Assembly: GCA_004022145.1 (NCBI GenBank)
Contig: RCNU01000022.1
Source: Paecilomyces variotii
Lineage: Eukaryota
Reading direction: 5' to 3' (one strand)
Length of the DNA: 64,000 bases
Position 1 is the first letter of the stretch; every line of letters starts with the position of its first letter. The notes below the pieces were generated by a model. That model saw only the letters and a list, made by a program, of their open reading frames with translations, ran no database searches and had not been told where the DNA came from. Made by a program: the position numbers and the translations under genes. This document shows, in pieces, positions 37,184-49,734 of this stretch.

Positions 37184-39276
37184 TCACAGCTCTCGATAAT
37201 CGCTTGGTCGCACTCTTCGCTGCCTTGCCTGGTGCCGGTGAGGGTTGACGGGTTGGCGGAAATACGCGTTATCCTCCTCGCGAGAGAAGGGAGCACCAAA
37301 TGCAGTTCGCTGCTGATTAGTGAAGGCGTCCATCCCCATTCCTTGTGGGAAAGTTGACTGAGGCGGCATCTGGTTTCCCATCTGTCCCATGGCTTCCATA
37401 CCCATTGGGCCGCCGCCCATTCCGTTGTACATGTTCGGCCCAAAAGGGTGATTTGGCATAGGAGCATTCATGTTGCCGTTATACATCCGGTTTTGTTGAG
37501 ACATAAAGTTCATGCCGTTCATCTGATTCCATCCCGCATCCATGTTACCCATATAGCCGCTTCCACCTGGGAACATCATCGGGTTCATGAAGCCCATAGC
37601 TGCTGGCATAAAACCATTCTCAGGGGCGAAGGGCATTGCCGCCATGCCCTGGGGTGGCATAAACCCAGCACCACCGAAAGAGGCCTGCTCAAATGGCAAC
37701 TGAGGGAAGGCATTCATGGGATTATTTGACTGGGACTCTGTTTTGTCAACCAGTGCCTTGGGATCTTCCGATTTCTGTTTCTTCATGGGTACCGAGTCCG
37801 TGCGCGGTGAACCATCCTGCTTGCCAGGTTCATCCTCAGCAGGTCTCTTCTTTGCCTGGGCTGATGTAGGACCATTTGACAAACTTGGGGACGACGTTTG
37901 TTTCGCCTGAGGAGACTTAGAGGGTTCTTTCTCTGACTGTTCATGCGGTTGCGCGTCGCGCGCAGATTGTTGCTTTTCTTTTTCTTTCTCTTTTTTCTCT
38001 GCCTTTTCGGCTTCGTACGATTTGATCTTTGCGACGGCATCCTCGTCAACAGAAAGATTATCAAGCAGCACGCCCTCTGAAGAACATCCAGGACACACAA
38101 AGTCACTCTCAATCAAAGCATTTGTGATACAGTCATTGCAATACGTCTTCCCGCAACACGGGGTTTTTGTTGGTTCTAAGAACATCCGCTTATCAATCGG
38201 GCATTCCAGACCCCTAGCCTGCAGTTCTCTGCTGCCCTCCGCAGCGGCTGCTTCGGCGGCTGCAGCTGCCGAAGCCTTCGCCTTTTCCTGATACAATTCC
38301 CAGGCAGCTTTGTCAGGCTGAGCAATCACAAAGTCTCCGTCAGCGTTCACCATGACCCCGGAGCTCTTTATCTCCTCATTAGAACCATCCAGAGCGAGAG
38401 AATCCGGCTTCTCAACTTTCGTCTGGAGGGAACGAGGGATACCAGTAGATCGTTTGACCCTATACCTCCCATCAAACTTAGGATCATTATTTGTAGGGCA
38501 AGCTTGGATCCAATGTCCTTGAAACAGCGTGTTAGTCATAGCAGTAGATAAGTGTCCCATGGAGGAACCTACCTTTTTCTCTACATCGGTAACAGAGATA
38601 TCCTGGAGGCGGAGGATGGTCGGGAACATTCACTGGCTTCCCTCTACCGCGCCCAAAGGCGACAGGTGTGGCACTAGGATTCGACATATGTCAGCACGGC
38701 TATCCAAGGATATCGGTATCTATCTATTGCAACTTACTTGGCCATTTCTTGTTGTTGCTCTTTCCATTGATTTGCTTGAAGGTTGAAAAGTGCCTTGATC
38801 TTCTCCTCCTCTGTCTGGGCGTTATCAAGCTCCGACACACCATTGCTGGTTATGTTACCAGTCCCGCTGGCAGTACGGCTCGAGGACGAGATATCAGTAC
38901 GAGCAGAACTGCGCGCATTGACTGGCATTTTCCCGGAAACATAACGTGCTGCACCGCCTTTTCCAGGCCTCGCTGCGGGCAACCTGCGAGCTATGACAGA
39001 CGTAGAACGTGGTATGATTGTTGTGTCATCATCGTATTCTGTTCACGGCTTGGTCAGCATCGTTGTCGGGAAAAGAGGGTAGCAGGGCTTCTGTAAAAAC
39101 CTACCTTCTCCCGTATCCTCATTATAAATGGATAATTCGAAATCTGTTCCATCACCTAGTCTATTCTGACTGATGATTTCCCGTTTTAATTCGAACACGG
39201 AGATACCGGTGCCATCAAAGGTTACCCTCGAGGGCTCTCTCTGGGACTTGAACTTGAAGTGGACGGAAGATGACAT
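37184..39276 (-). CDS. MPE1: Cleavage/polyadenylation factor Mpe1/RBBP6 (DWNN, zinc knuckle, RING-like), 4 exons
   Basis: 'MSSSVHFKFKSQ...FDGTGISVFELKREII', 'CYRCREKGHWIQACPTN', 'RSTGIPRS', 'CPIDKRMFLEP..TPCC...YC..CI...CP.C'. Confidence 0.92.
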
Positions 39277-40537
39277 GTTTTCAATTTAGCAGCCAGATGC
39301 AGACGGTTCTAGGGCAACTAGGGACACGGGTTGAATACAAAGATACAAGCAGCAACGAAAAGTGTAAATCACAGCACACGGTGAAAAGCGAACACCACCA
39401 CAGAATAACGCTATAGCTCGATTGGAGATGTTATTGCACAGCAGCTCCGCTATAGGGTTTAGGAACAATGGATATCAGAAGACTGTAATCCAGATTCTAT
39501 GGGGAACGGTGGTCGAACTCATCAATCTGAGAAAAAGAAATTCTTCAAATGCTGGCCGGTAGGTCCTCAAGAACTCTGAGTACAAAAATGAGGTCTTGTG
39601 TACATAAACTGGTGTGCTTGTCGCAGAAAACTTTGAAGTGAGGCACGAGAGGCCTTTCACAGATTTTGCAGTCCAGCCACAGCGATTCAAGATGTCCCTG
39701 TCCAACACCACAGGACCTATCTCTAACCTTCTCTAATACCGTGTCGCGGATCAAAGGGGCAAGGAAAGTTGGACGGATGTGAAGATTCGCTCAGAGTAGA
39801 AAGACTGTTCAGAGATCACCTAGCTAAGCTGGAAAGTGCAGCTGATGAGGGGACAGAGAAGTGAGCACGGGCAATCGTAATATTAGTAGACCTCGACCAG
39901 AGAGGTCACGGCGAGAGTCTGACTTGACCTTGAGAAGTCGGTGAAAGTAGAGAAAAGAAAGGAGTGGACGACAGAAGAAGTTGCTGCTAACACTGCAGCT
40001 GTGATAATTGTGAATGATGGGCAGGTGGCAACAGGCGCCCAGATACTGGTGTTCATTGTCACGTGATATCTATATTACATAATGACACTGATCGTCTAGA
40101 GTTACCTAGTTAGTTAACTACCTAGTTAACCAACTAGTTTAACTGTCTGCTGTACAAAACAAGAGATCAGACTCATTGTCTGGAATGGATTACGACGGTT
40201 TTTATCAATCAGTATAAATCATTTAGTACTAGTGTATTGATAGTTTGAAGTAAGGGCTCAAATCGTCAGTATGTGCTATATGCTTAGATTCTCTAGTATT
40301 CGAGAAATTAAACCATGTGCCGGTTTCATCATGTGTCTTTCTATTTACAACTGTTTTCTAAGAATATTAACAGTATCTCCAACGTCTAATAGATTTTGTG
40401 CTTCGTAATTTCGTCTAGGATTGAGCCCCGGGGGTACAATCTGCCCAGAAATAAGCTGAAGAATCGGGTTTCCAACGCCTATTAGAAGAACCCGTTGGCG
40501 CGCTATTGGAAAGGCTATGTCGAGAGTATTCCGACGT

Positions 40538-42326
40538 TCAGATCGCTGACTCGAAATGGCGAACAAGGAACCCTTTTTCCTCGAGGTAGTCCTTAACTTC
40601 AGCTACCGTATACTCACCGCGGTGGAACTAGTTGTATCTAGTCAGAATAGCTTGACCATAAAATGGATATTTCATGCTTACCATTCCTGCTCCGAGTGCG
40701 GCATCTGTGGCAGTGTTCTCGAAAACATCTGCGAAATCCGCGGGTTTTCCAGCGCCACTGGAAGCGATGACTGGAATCTTTATAGCCGCTTTAACATCGT
40801 TGATCAATTCCAGGTCAAAGCCACTTTTGCTTCCATCCTTGTCGATGCTATTGAGGAGGATTTCGCCCGCACCCATAGCTTCGACAGCCTTCACCAGCTG
40901 CCAAACATCCATATCGCGTGTTTCTCGACCGCCCTTAATAGTACACTGGTACCAGCAATACTCCTGACCGGCAGCATTCGGATACGCCGTTTTGATGGTG
41001 TGGTGTGGTGTATCCTCCGGTTTGCTCACGTAAACGCGCTTGGGATCGACACTCACCACCACGGCCTGCTTACCGTAGGCTCCTGAAATTGTCTCTATAG
41101 CAGTCTTTCCGGACAACTTCTCCCCAGCAGCATAGTACTCCTCTGCCGCAATCACGGCCTCAGAGCCAATGCTGACCTTATCAGCGCCAGACTTAAAGTA
41201 CATTTTCGCAACATCTAATGCGGAAACTGTTGTCCCATCCGTATCGACTGTATCTCTGATTCCGCCACCGATCGTTAGCGGAACAAAGACCGATTCAGAA
41301 GTGCGTCTTAGGATTTCCAGCATGGGAGTATCTGCAAGTGGACAGTTTCTGAATGAGGTGATGTTTAGAAATGTGACTTCGTCGGCACCCTGCTCGTAAT
41401 ACTTTTTGGCCATGTCAACCGGCTTTCCCAGGTTTCGTACCTGTCCACCGGCATCGACTCCACTCTTCTCTCGTACGTCGTACTGGTCGCCCTTTGTGAC
41501 CACAAGATCACCAGCATCATTTGCGCGGACGTCGAGGCAAGCAATCACCCGGCGCGTCAATCCGTCCACATTCTTGGTCTCTTCTTCCCCCAGAGGCTGG
41601 AACTGCTGGCCGTCTAAAAAGGCTTTGATTGTGCGAAGGCCTGCCTGACCACTTTTTTCGGGATGGAACTGCGTGGCGAAGATGTTCCCACGCCCTATAG
41701 CACCGATAAATTCCTCGTCCCCGTATGTAGCTGTAGCCACCGTCCACCCTTGACTTTCCAGAACACCGCGCTGATAGGGTGCTGCATAGGAGTGTACATA
41801 ATAGTACTTGCTGCTGGGCTTCAAGCCGTAAAAGCTCTGGGGCGTCGACTCCGCAGGGCTCGTGTTTTTCGCCGAATTCCAACCAATATGTGGGACACTC
41901 TTGTCGCGGTCGTCGAACTTCTGCATCCGCATCGGTATCAACCCTAGGCCGGGGACGCTTGGGTCTTCCTCTGATCCGGCAAAAAGCGCCTGCAGACCCA
42001 CGCAGATACCCATGAAAGGTTTGCCCGACTCAATATGCCGCTGAATCGGTGCCAGGTAGCCACCCTCAGAGAGTTGGGACAGACAGTGTCCGAAATGGCC
42101 TACCCCTGGCAAAATGAGTTTCTATAGTACACATCAGTATCGTCGCATTAGCCCCCTAGAAGTCACATCCCTCGAGGGGAATGGCGATAATTTGTGTGAA
42201 TACCTCTGCATTTTCAACCTCACTGGGTGACTTTATCCATTCCACTTGGTAACCGACTTTTTCGATCGCATTCACCAAAGAGCGGACATTCCCCGCGACG
42301 TAGTCGAGCAGGTGAACTTTAGGCAT
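40538..42326 (-). CDS. HIS7: Bifunctional imidazole glycerol-phosphate synthase HisH/HisF (3 exons)
   Basis: '[11 protein letters not shown]', 'PGVGHFG', 'GICVGLQ', 'QFHPEKS', 'IACLDVR', 'LLNSIDKDG', 'IASSGAG'. Last exon FHRGEYTV...SAI*. Confidence 0.96.
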
Positions 42327-42511
42327 AGTGAACGATTGTGCCTGGGAAACACGGAGCGTTGTTTCACACAGGATCCGGAACGGATTCGTGCGGCGAACAG
42401 ATCCAGAAAGAGACTAGGTGATTCTAGGAGGGCAGATAAATGAGATTCTGTTCAAAATTTCGGTGGTATCGCTAGCAATGGCAGAATGGGTTGATATAGC
42501 GAAAGCAATGT

Positions 42512-42518
42512 TGAGTCA
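42512..42518. promoter_or_regulatory. CpcA/Gcn4 site (TGACTCA) upstream of HIS7
   Basis: TGAGTCA on the + strand about 190 bp upstream of ATG 42326. Histidine biosynthesis genes are classic cross-pathway-control targets. Confidence 0.65.
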
Positions 42519-43162
42519 TGGCCGACAATTTTTTTCCCCTTCCCGACCCCTCCAAGGATCTTGATAAACTTCGGTTCCCCGCCTCTAGCTTTCCATTAGG
42601 TGGACCTAGCTCTATCATAAATACACAAGACGTAACTAACACTATTATTACTAGTTCTCAGAATATAGTCCAAAATGCGCAACGGCTACGCTAAACACAT
42701 GTAGTCAGTCTTCATGCAATTATTTGATGCTCTTCGTCTATTAGGGTCCGGTACCTGCATCCGGCGGTCTTCAGAAGCAATCTCCACTGCAGATAAGCTT
42801 TTATCCAAGTCATATTTTCGATTTCCTTTCGATTGCTCAACTGAAGCTTGGGTGAATATGGTCTGCTGCTTGAGCTATATGGTGGTAACAGATCGCATTC
42901 CAGATGGGTTGCTTATCGTAAGCTTCCCACGCAGAAGTCTGTCGAGTATCTACCCGGTACACATTTCATGGGTATGAGAATATTTTAGACTAATTGAACT
43001 GTTGGGCCCAGGAAGCACAGGCGTGAAAGCCAAACAATTTTGACTGCTGCTACGTCCCGATTTGGATTGCTGACACGATTATAACAACAGACGCGAGGTG
43101 TTAAGATACTAGCCAGCATAGCCTGGATAATTCAAATTCGGGACATCCCATCCACAAATAAC

Positions 43163-44613
43163 TCAGACGACTGAGCTATGCGGTTCCGATGGCTGAAGAT
43201 AAATGAGTCCATTCCGAGGCTGCCAATCGCTTAGTATCAGTCACATCAGATGCATCTATGTTTCACTTACCGGTGAGAACTTTCTCAGGCGTATGCCTGC
43301 GCTTTCCAAAATTGCTGCGCTCTGAAAGCAGATGAGAAAACTTGCCATTTACAGACAGAAAATACGGTGCCATACCTCTTGGTCCATGTTATAGCTCTGA
43401 GAGTACACAACCTCAGAGATGCCCACTTGGGTGATTTTCACGGTGCAAGTCAGACAGGGGCAGCTAATTTAGTCCTTAGTTTTCTTCAAGACTGGGGGCC
43501 GGGGGGTTATGGAAATATGAGAGGCGTACGTGTCACAGTAGAGTATTGTGCCTTCCCTTATACGCTCCCTGCCCGCTTCCAACAGCGCGTTCTCCTCGGC
43601 GTGGAGGCAGAGACATGTCGAAAGCCCCGTGCCTCCACCGTCGCCACGATTACAACGAGGACCTACGCTCTGTCTCAGCATCATTCGATGAAAGATCCGC
43701 AAGAGGGCGGTACTTAGGACGGAAATAACCTACATCCTCCTTCGTTGCAGTTCTTCAGATGCCTGGGAGTACCATTATACCCCGTACTTATGACACGACG
43801 ATCGCGAACCAAGACACAGCCGACTCGTCTTTTCATGCAATTACTTCTTTGGGCAGCAAGTGATGCCAGCTGCATGAAGTACTGGTCCCAGCTAGGCCTC
43901 AGTCGCTCCTCGTTGGTCAGGTCGAGGTTCCTCAAAGAATCATACAGGTCCTGCAATGATGACGAAGAATTGAACAACCTCAGTTGTGCTCTGTCAGTCA
44001 AGAAAGCTGGCCCCATTTTCCTGTCATATACATGTCGATCGTTCCAAAGGACAAACTTTTCGAGATCCGGAGGATGGATTCCGCGTTTCTGACACCTATA
44101 CCAGGAAAATGAATTAAAAATCACGCACATACCACTGCCTATATTACAGGAGAAAGAGAAATAGTCTAACCTCTCCGTGAATCTCTTCCACCGTAAACTT
44201 ACTGGCGCATCCACTGTTACAAGGAGGAAGAAAGGGCGCTGTAGGAAGCGATCCAGCACAGAGATATCCCTTATGTCCGTTGTGACCCAGCGCTCACGCC
44301 ATCGTCTGGTAACGAATTCCAATACAGCGTCAACAGTTTCGAAAACGAGCTCTGGCGACTGTTTCTCATCTGCTACCTCAGATCCTTGTAGACACGGCCC
44401 ATCATCTTTTTCATCTGCAATCCAGCTGTAATCCTTGCCAACAAGCCTGACCAACTGGAAATTGTGTTCACGAATTAAATATTCCGCAACAGAGTGCTTG
44501 CCAGCACATATCCCTTCATCTTCATCAGCAACTGCAAATGTCGTCTCAATCGTGCACCCGTATAATTCTTGCAAGGATCATAAACACAAACCTCCACATA
44601 TTCCGACAAGCAT
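43163..44613 (-). CDS. DCD1: dCMP deaminase with N-terminal P-loop-like domain (7 exons)
   Basis: 'MLVGICG|GICAGKH', 'RPSWDQYFMQLASLAAQRSNCMKRRVG', 'TGYNGTP', 'CLHAEENA', 'PCLTC'. TGA at 43163-43165. Confidence 0.92.
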
Positions 44614-44694
44614 AGTTGGCGTTGACGAAGGAGGAATTGGCGACCTTCAAAGGTCGAATCCGCTCGAGTATCAAAAGGAACCGAAGAAGATGCG

Positions 44695-44763
44695 ACGCGT
44701 TGCGGGAACCACTTTCACTCGGACCTAGGTAGATACTTAGAGGGTGCTGTCTAGTCACGTGAC
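44695..44763. promoter_or_regulatory. MCB (ACGCGT) and GTCACGTGAC sites upstream of DCD1
   Basis: ACGCGT at 44695-44700 and a 10-bp palindrome at 44754-44763. Confidence 0.5.
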
Positions 44764-44888
44764 AGTAGCCAGCGAATCTGGAGAAGCTTGCATTAATAAT
44801 AATACCACAGCAAAAGGTGGTTTGCGACTGCTAATGGAGCTTATGCATGTCCTAGTAGCCCTATAAAGGATTGCTAGACTCAGAGCTC

Positions 44889-44897
44889 AATAATAAC

Positions 44898-44928
<31 letters not shown>
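44889..44928. repeat. (AAT)n microsatellite
   Basis: aataataacaataataat... run between DCD1 and ATG7. Confidence 0.85.
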
Positions 44929-45474
44929 GAGGTCCCAATAGTTAACCCAAGTTAGCAAAGCTTAATAATGATTGGAGACTTGGCAAGTTACAGTAAGGCA
45001 CGGGCGGGGAGACCCCTCCAAAGCTAAGCATGATGCCGTCTTGAGTATCTAAGCGGACCGCAGGAAGATAAGCAACCTTGCTAACTACCTCTCTCCTCTC
45101 CTTGGCGGTCATCAAATGCAGGCGCAAGTATCTCTCCCTAAATATAACCTTCCAGTTGTCTAGTGCAGGTGAAGAAATCCGCTTTCTACATCTCATCCGT
45201 ACTGCTAGGTATGTATCATCTGCTTATCTCTCTATCACCTGTCTCCCGCTATCAATTGTCATCTGACGATTGTTATTTCCCATCAGAGTCAGCAGAACTG
45301 CTAATACGCCCTGAATCATGTGGCCAAGTGTGTCAAAGGAAACTAATTCAAATTGTGTAATAAGGGAGATACTTTGCTAAAGTTCCGCCCATCTCACGGA
45401 GACCTAAGTTCACTCACTTCCTGCGCCCTTGATACTATGCGAACCCAAAGTACGTCCGCATAGACCTAGGCAAG

Positions 45475-47963
45475 ATGCAGTACACTCCGTTCGCATCGGA
45501 CATAGAGCTTCCCTTCTACACTTCGTTAGCGACTCTCAAAATCAACCATGACAAACTCGATGATTCCCCGCGCAAGTTGCTGGGCCTTTATGAGATCCGC
45601 TCCACGGATACTCCAGACACTTCCTGTCGCATGCAGATCCACGGAAACGCCCTTACTAGCGATCAGTATGTGACTTTTAAATACACCTCTCTACAAGTAA
45701 AGCAAGGCAGAATTCATTACGGGTGCTGACTGATATGACGCCTCAGTGCCCCAGTAGGTTACTATAGAGCCGAGGGTATGATCAAGAACGTCAACACAAT
45801 CGAAGAGTACAGAAATTCGGATAAAGCGTCGATTCTTCAGCAAGCTGCAAGGACGGTCAGTCGCCAGATTATCTTCGATAGAGAAGAGCTAACTCTCTCT
45901 AGATCTGGGATGCGATCAATGATGGCACCATTTATTCCTGTCCTTCTTTGCTATCCTCATTTGTGGTTCTGTCATTTGCGGACCTCAAGAAATACAAGTT
46001 CCATTACTGGTTCGCATTTCCCGCAATACATTCGTCTCCTCCTTGGGTCCCTGTAGCGAGTGATACCCCCACGACGACAGGAAACAATGCGGGAACCAGG
46101 GAAGCCACAAGCTTGACAGGTCTTGAAAGCTCGGCTCTAGTCGATGCTGTGCAGACTTGGCGTTACGGAGTCGATACTCGCCAGCATGGATTCTTCCTGG
46201 CTAAGAAGAACAGGAATCCTTCTCAACAAGTCGAGGCGAAGGGTGAAGACAATGAAAACAGTGAGCTGCCACCGGAAACAGCCGGTACATCTGCGGATAA
46301 CGTCGGATTTTCTTGGGAAATCGCCTCACTCGCGACCTTCGAAAAAGGATTTTTCAAGGACACCAACCCCGACGACTGCTATGTTTGCTTTGCGGACCCT
46401 TCCAATTATGACACCGCTCCTGGCTGGATGTTGAGAAATCTCCTGATTCTCGTGAGGCAACGATGGGGGCTGGCTAGAGTCCAGATCCTAAGGTACCGTG
46501 ATGTTCAGTCAAAGCGTGATCAGGGCCGCAGTATTATAATGAAGTTGGCGTTGGAGTCAACACCAACAGCAAACATTGATCCTATCCCCGAGGATGCCCT
46601 TCCAAAAGTGACTGGTTGGGAACGCAACCCTTCCGGGAAACTAATGGGGCGTGTTGTAAATTTGACGGAATATATGGATCCCCATAGGTAACTTGAAGCC
46701 TCAAACATCCTCGTCGCCGGAGCTAACGATGGACCTCAAAATAGACTGGCTGATCAGTCGGTTGATCTCAACCTGAAGCTGATGAAATGGCGCATATCCC
46801 CTAATCTTGACCTTGAGAGGATAAAACACACAAAGTGTCTCCTACTTGGAGCGGGTACATTGGGGAGCTACGTCGCCCGTAATCTGCTGGTAGGTGGCGG
46901 TTGTTGATGTTTCGATGCCTTAGGAGTGCTGATTATGTTCTTTTAACAGGGATGGGGTGTACGAAAGATCACATTCGTGGATAGCGGAACTGTTTCCTTC
47001 TCCAATCCGGTCCGACAACCCCTTTTCAATTTCCAAGACTGTATAGGAGGTGGAGTCCAGAAGGCCCTTCGTGCGTCTCAGGCGTTGTCGGAGATATACC
47101 CAGGTGTCGATTCGACCGGATATGCACTCACAGTCCCCATGGCTGGCCATCCGATGACTGATAGTCCCAAATCCCGCAGCGATTTTGAGCTGCTTCAAAA
47201 ACTCTTCGATGAACATGACGCCATATTCCTACTTATGGACACTCGCGAATCTCGCTGGCTGCCCACGGTAATGGGGAAGGCAGCAGGCAAGATTGTGATG
47301 AACGCAGCCTTGGGCTTCGATACGTATGTGGTTATGCGACATGGCGTTAAAACAGACTCAGATTCGAGCCCAGGGCTCGGTTGTTATTTCTGTAACGACG
47401 TGGTCGCGCCTGCAGATGTAAGTGAATTGGACAAAGAATTCTCAGCATCTTGTACTTACTATAGCTACTATTGTAGTCTGTCAGAGATCAGACACTCGAC
47501 CAACAGTGCACTGTAACTCGTCCCGGAGTAGCAGCTATAGCGTCTGCTCTAGCGGTCGAGCTACTGGTCTCCATCCTCCAACATCCGAAAGGTGCAGCTG
47601 CCCCGGCTGCTCAAGAAGAAAAGGAAAGCGAACATCCTCTTGGTCTGGTTCCCCACCAAATCAGAGGTTTCTTGTCAAATTTCTCGAACATTTCCGTTGT
47701 GGGCAGGAATTACGACTGTTGCAGTGCATGTTCAGATAATATAGTCGAAGCATACAAGGCAAACGGTTGGGAGTTTGTTAAGCGGGCTTTGAACGAGAAA
47801 GGATATGTGGACGAGATAAGCGGTTTAAAGGAGGTTCGAGACGCCCCCCCCCCCTTTTTGCTCACTTCTGGTACTGACAAGTCGCAAGGTTCAGCGGCAG
47901 GCTGAAGCGGCCGCGGACGACGTCGAATGGGACGATGATGGCGAGGAGTTAGAGATCGTCTGA
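45475..47963 (+). CDS. ATG7: Autophagy E1-like enzyme Atg7 (multi-exon)
   Basis: '[16 protein letters not shown]', 'PGWMLRN', '[11 protein letters not shown]', 'LLGAGTLG', '[11 protein letters not shown]', 'DTRESRWLP', '[11 protein letters not shown]', '[12 protein letters not shown]'. Confidence 0.96.
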
Positions 47964-48022
47964 ATTATAGACGCGAACTAGTTCAATAGGGACTAGATCT
48001 CGTCTTGAATGCCGTGACGGCC

Positions 48023-49301
48023 CTAAAATGAAGAGGCTTGGTCATCACCAGCGCCATGAGGAAATACCGATGTCTGCAAAGCGTCATTCTTTCTCCCGAG
48101 CCCAATTAGATAGGCCTCCTTTGATTCCTGAGAACGACATATGTAAGCCATGTTGTCCACAATCTCAGAAAGCCAGTGGCTGGCCCTTTTTGGAGACGTA
48201 CACTGCGGGAAGATTCTGGTTTCAGCCTGTGGACCTTCTCGAACAGGGCTCGCAATTGTTTTTCCAAGGCCTTGTCTTCAGCTCCTTGGTAGAACTTGCA
48301 TACAAAATGACCGCCGCTTTTGAGCACGTTGAAACTGAATTGTAATGCAGCTCGACAAAGGTCCTATTCGCGCATGGTTACCAATCTCACCATAGCTCTT
48401 TATGTGTAATGAGTGCTTACCATACTTCCAGCATGGTCCCTGAAAGCCACACCAGTTGTATTCATCATCCTGCGATAAGGTTCACTTAGACTTCTTTTCC
48501 AAAAACCAGTAGTTTGATCCCAGGGAGCACACATGTCGCTTAAAACCACATCCACAGTTTTATCAGACCCACCACCAACAGCATCGGTACTCTCACCGCT
48601 GCTCTGTGACAGGACTTTCCTCCCACGGTCGATATATCCATCTGCCACTGGACCTGAATCGCAGGAAACCTCAGTATCGATATTTGTAGTCGGTGAGTAT
48701 GGTCGGCCTCGGTTCGGATCACGTAAAAAGTCTCGGATATATGACTGTATTGCCGGAGATAGAAAATTGCCTTGCACAGTAGAGACACCCTTCGGGGGTT
48801 GCGCGGGGATTATGTCGACACCGAGAACTCGACCGTTCGGCTGAGTGCGGCTCACAGCGACCTAGATAAGGGTACAGGTGTTAGAAAGTAATATCAAGCA
48901 GTCGGAATACAAGAACTAACCTGAGACCAGGAGCCAGGAGCATAGCCCTTGGTTATCTTTATTAGACCACATGTGATACTACTACATTACTTTCAGTAGA
49001 GAGTTCATACCAGATCGACCACAGTCTGGCCGCTTCGGAAAATGCGATATTTATCATCTATCTGTAACTTGCTATTATTATTCCCATTTTTTCGGACTGT
49101 CAAGAATGACGGTTGACGTACCTGTAAAAGCTTGAAGGCCGCTCGACTTTTGAGTCCTTGAACAGCAGCTTCACGCGTGAAACGGTCCTTTAACTGGCGA
49201 GCCTGCCATCTTTTTGAAGATGAATGGCGTCTTGAGAATATCGCGAAGCATGATGTAGAGACAACGGGGATAGCCCTCAATGGGCACAAAATAATTGACA
49301 T
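48023..49301 (-). CDS. MRM2: Mitochondrial rRNA 2'-O-methyltransferase (RrmJ/FtsJ family), multi-exon
   Basis: 'KSRAAFKLLQ', 'VVDL|GYAPGSWSQ|VA', 'VDVVLSDM', 'GGHFVCKFYQG', 'KPESSRSESKEAYLIG'. TAG at 48023-48025. Confidence 0.9.
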
Positions 49302-49734
49302 ATTCAGCAGCTAATAGGAAAATGCCTTGAAATTTGAACAATGCAATAATTGATATGCAGTAGCTAAGTACTAAGCACATCCGATGGATTGACCAGGACT
49401 GAAGCTCGGTCTTTTAGATTATCACCAATAGGGAACAGCATAGAAGCGGGCGGTGAACAAGAAGTGCCGCTACAAAAACACGTTCGCTCCCCACCCAATG
49501 GCACTATTATTACTCGAGATCGGATTCTATGCAGTTTGAGTCTGTCATATTGCCCTTGTTTTATCATACCTAGTGCGGCCCTTTTCTTTTCCTTTTCGTT
49601 TTTAGGTAGCATACAAGTAGACGCTGCATTTTCTTCCGGGATGATTTGACTGAAGAACACCGAGCCTCTATACATAATCTAAATGTCCGTGAACTCCGGG
49701 AAACAGTGGCATTATGATAATCAGAATGGGTCGT

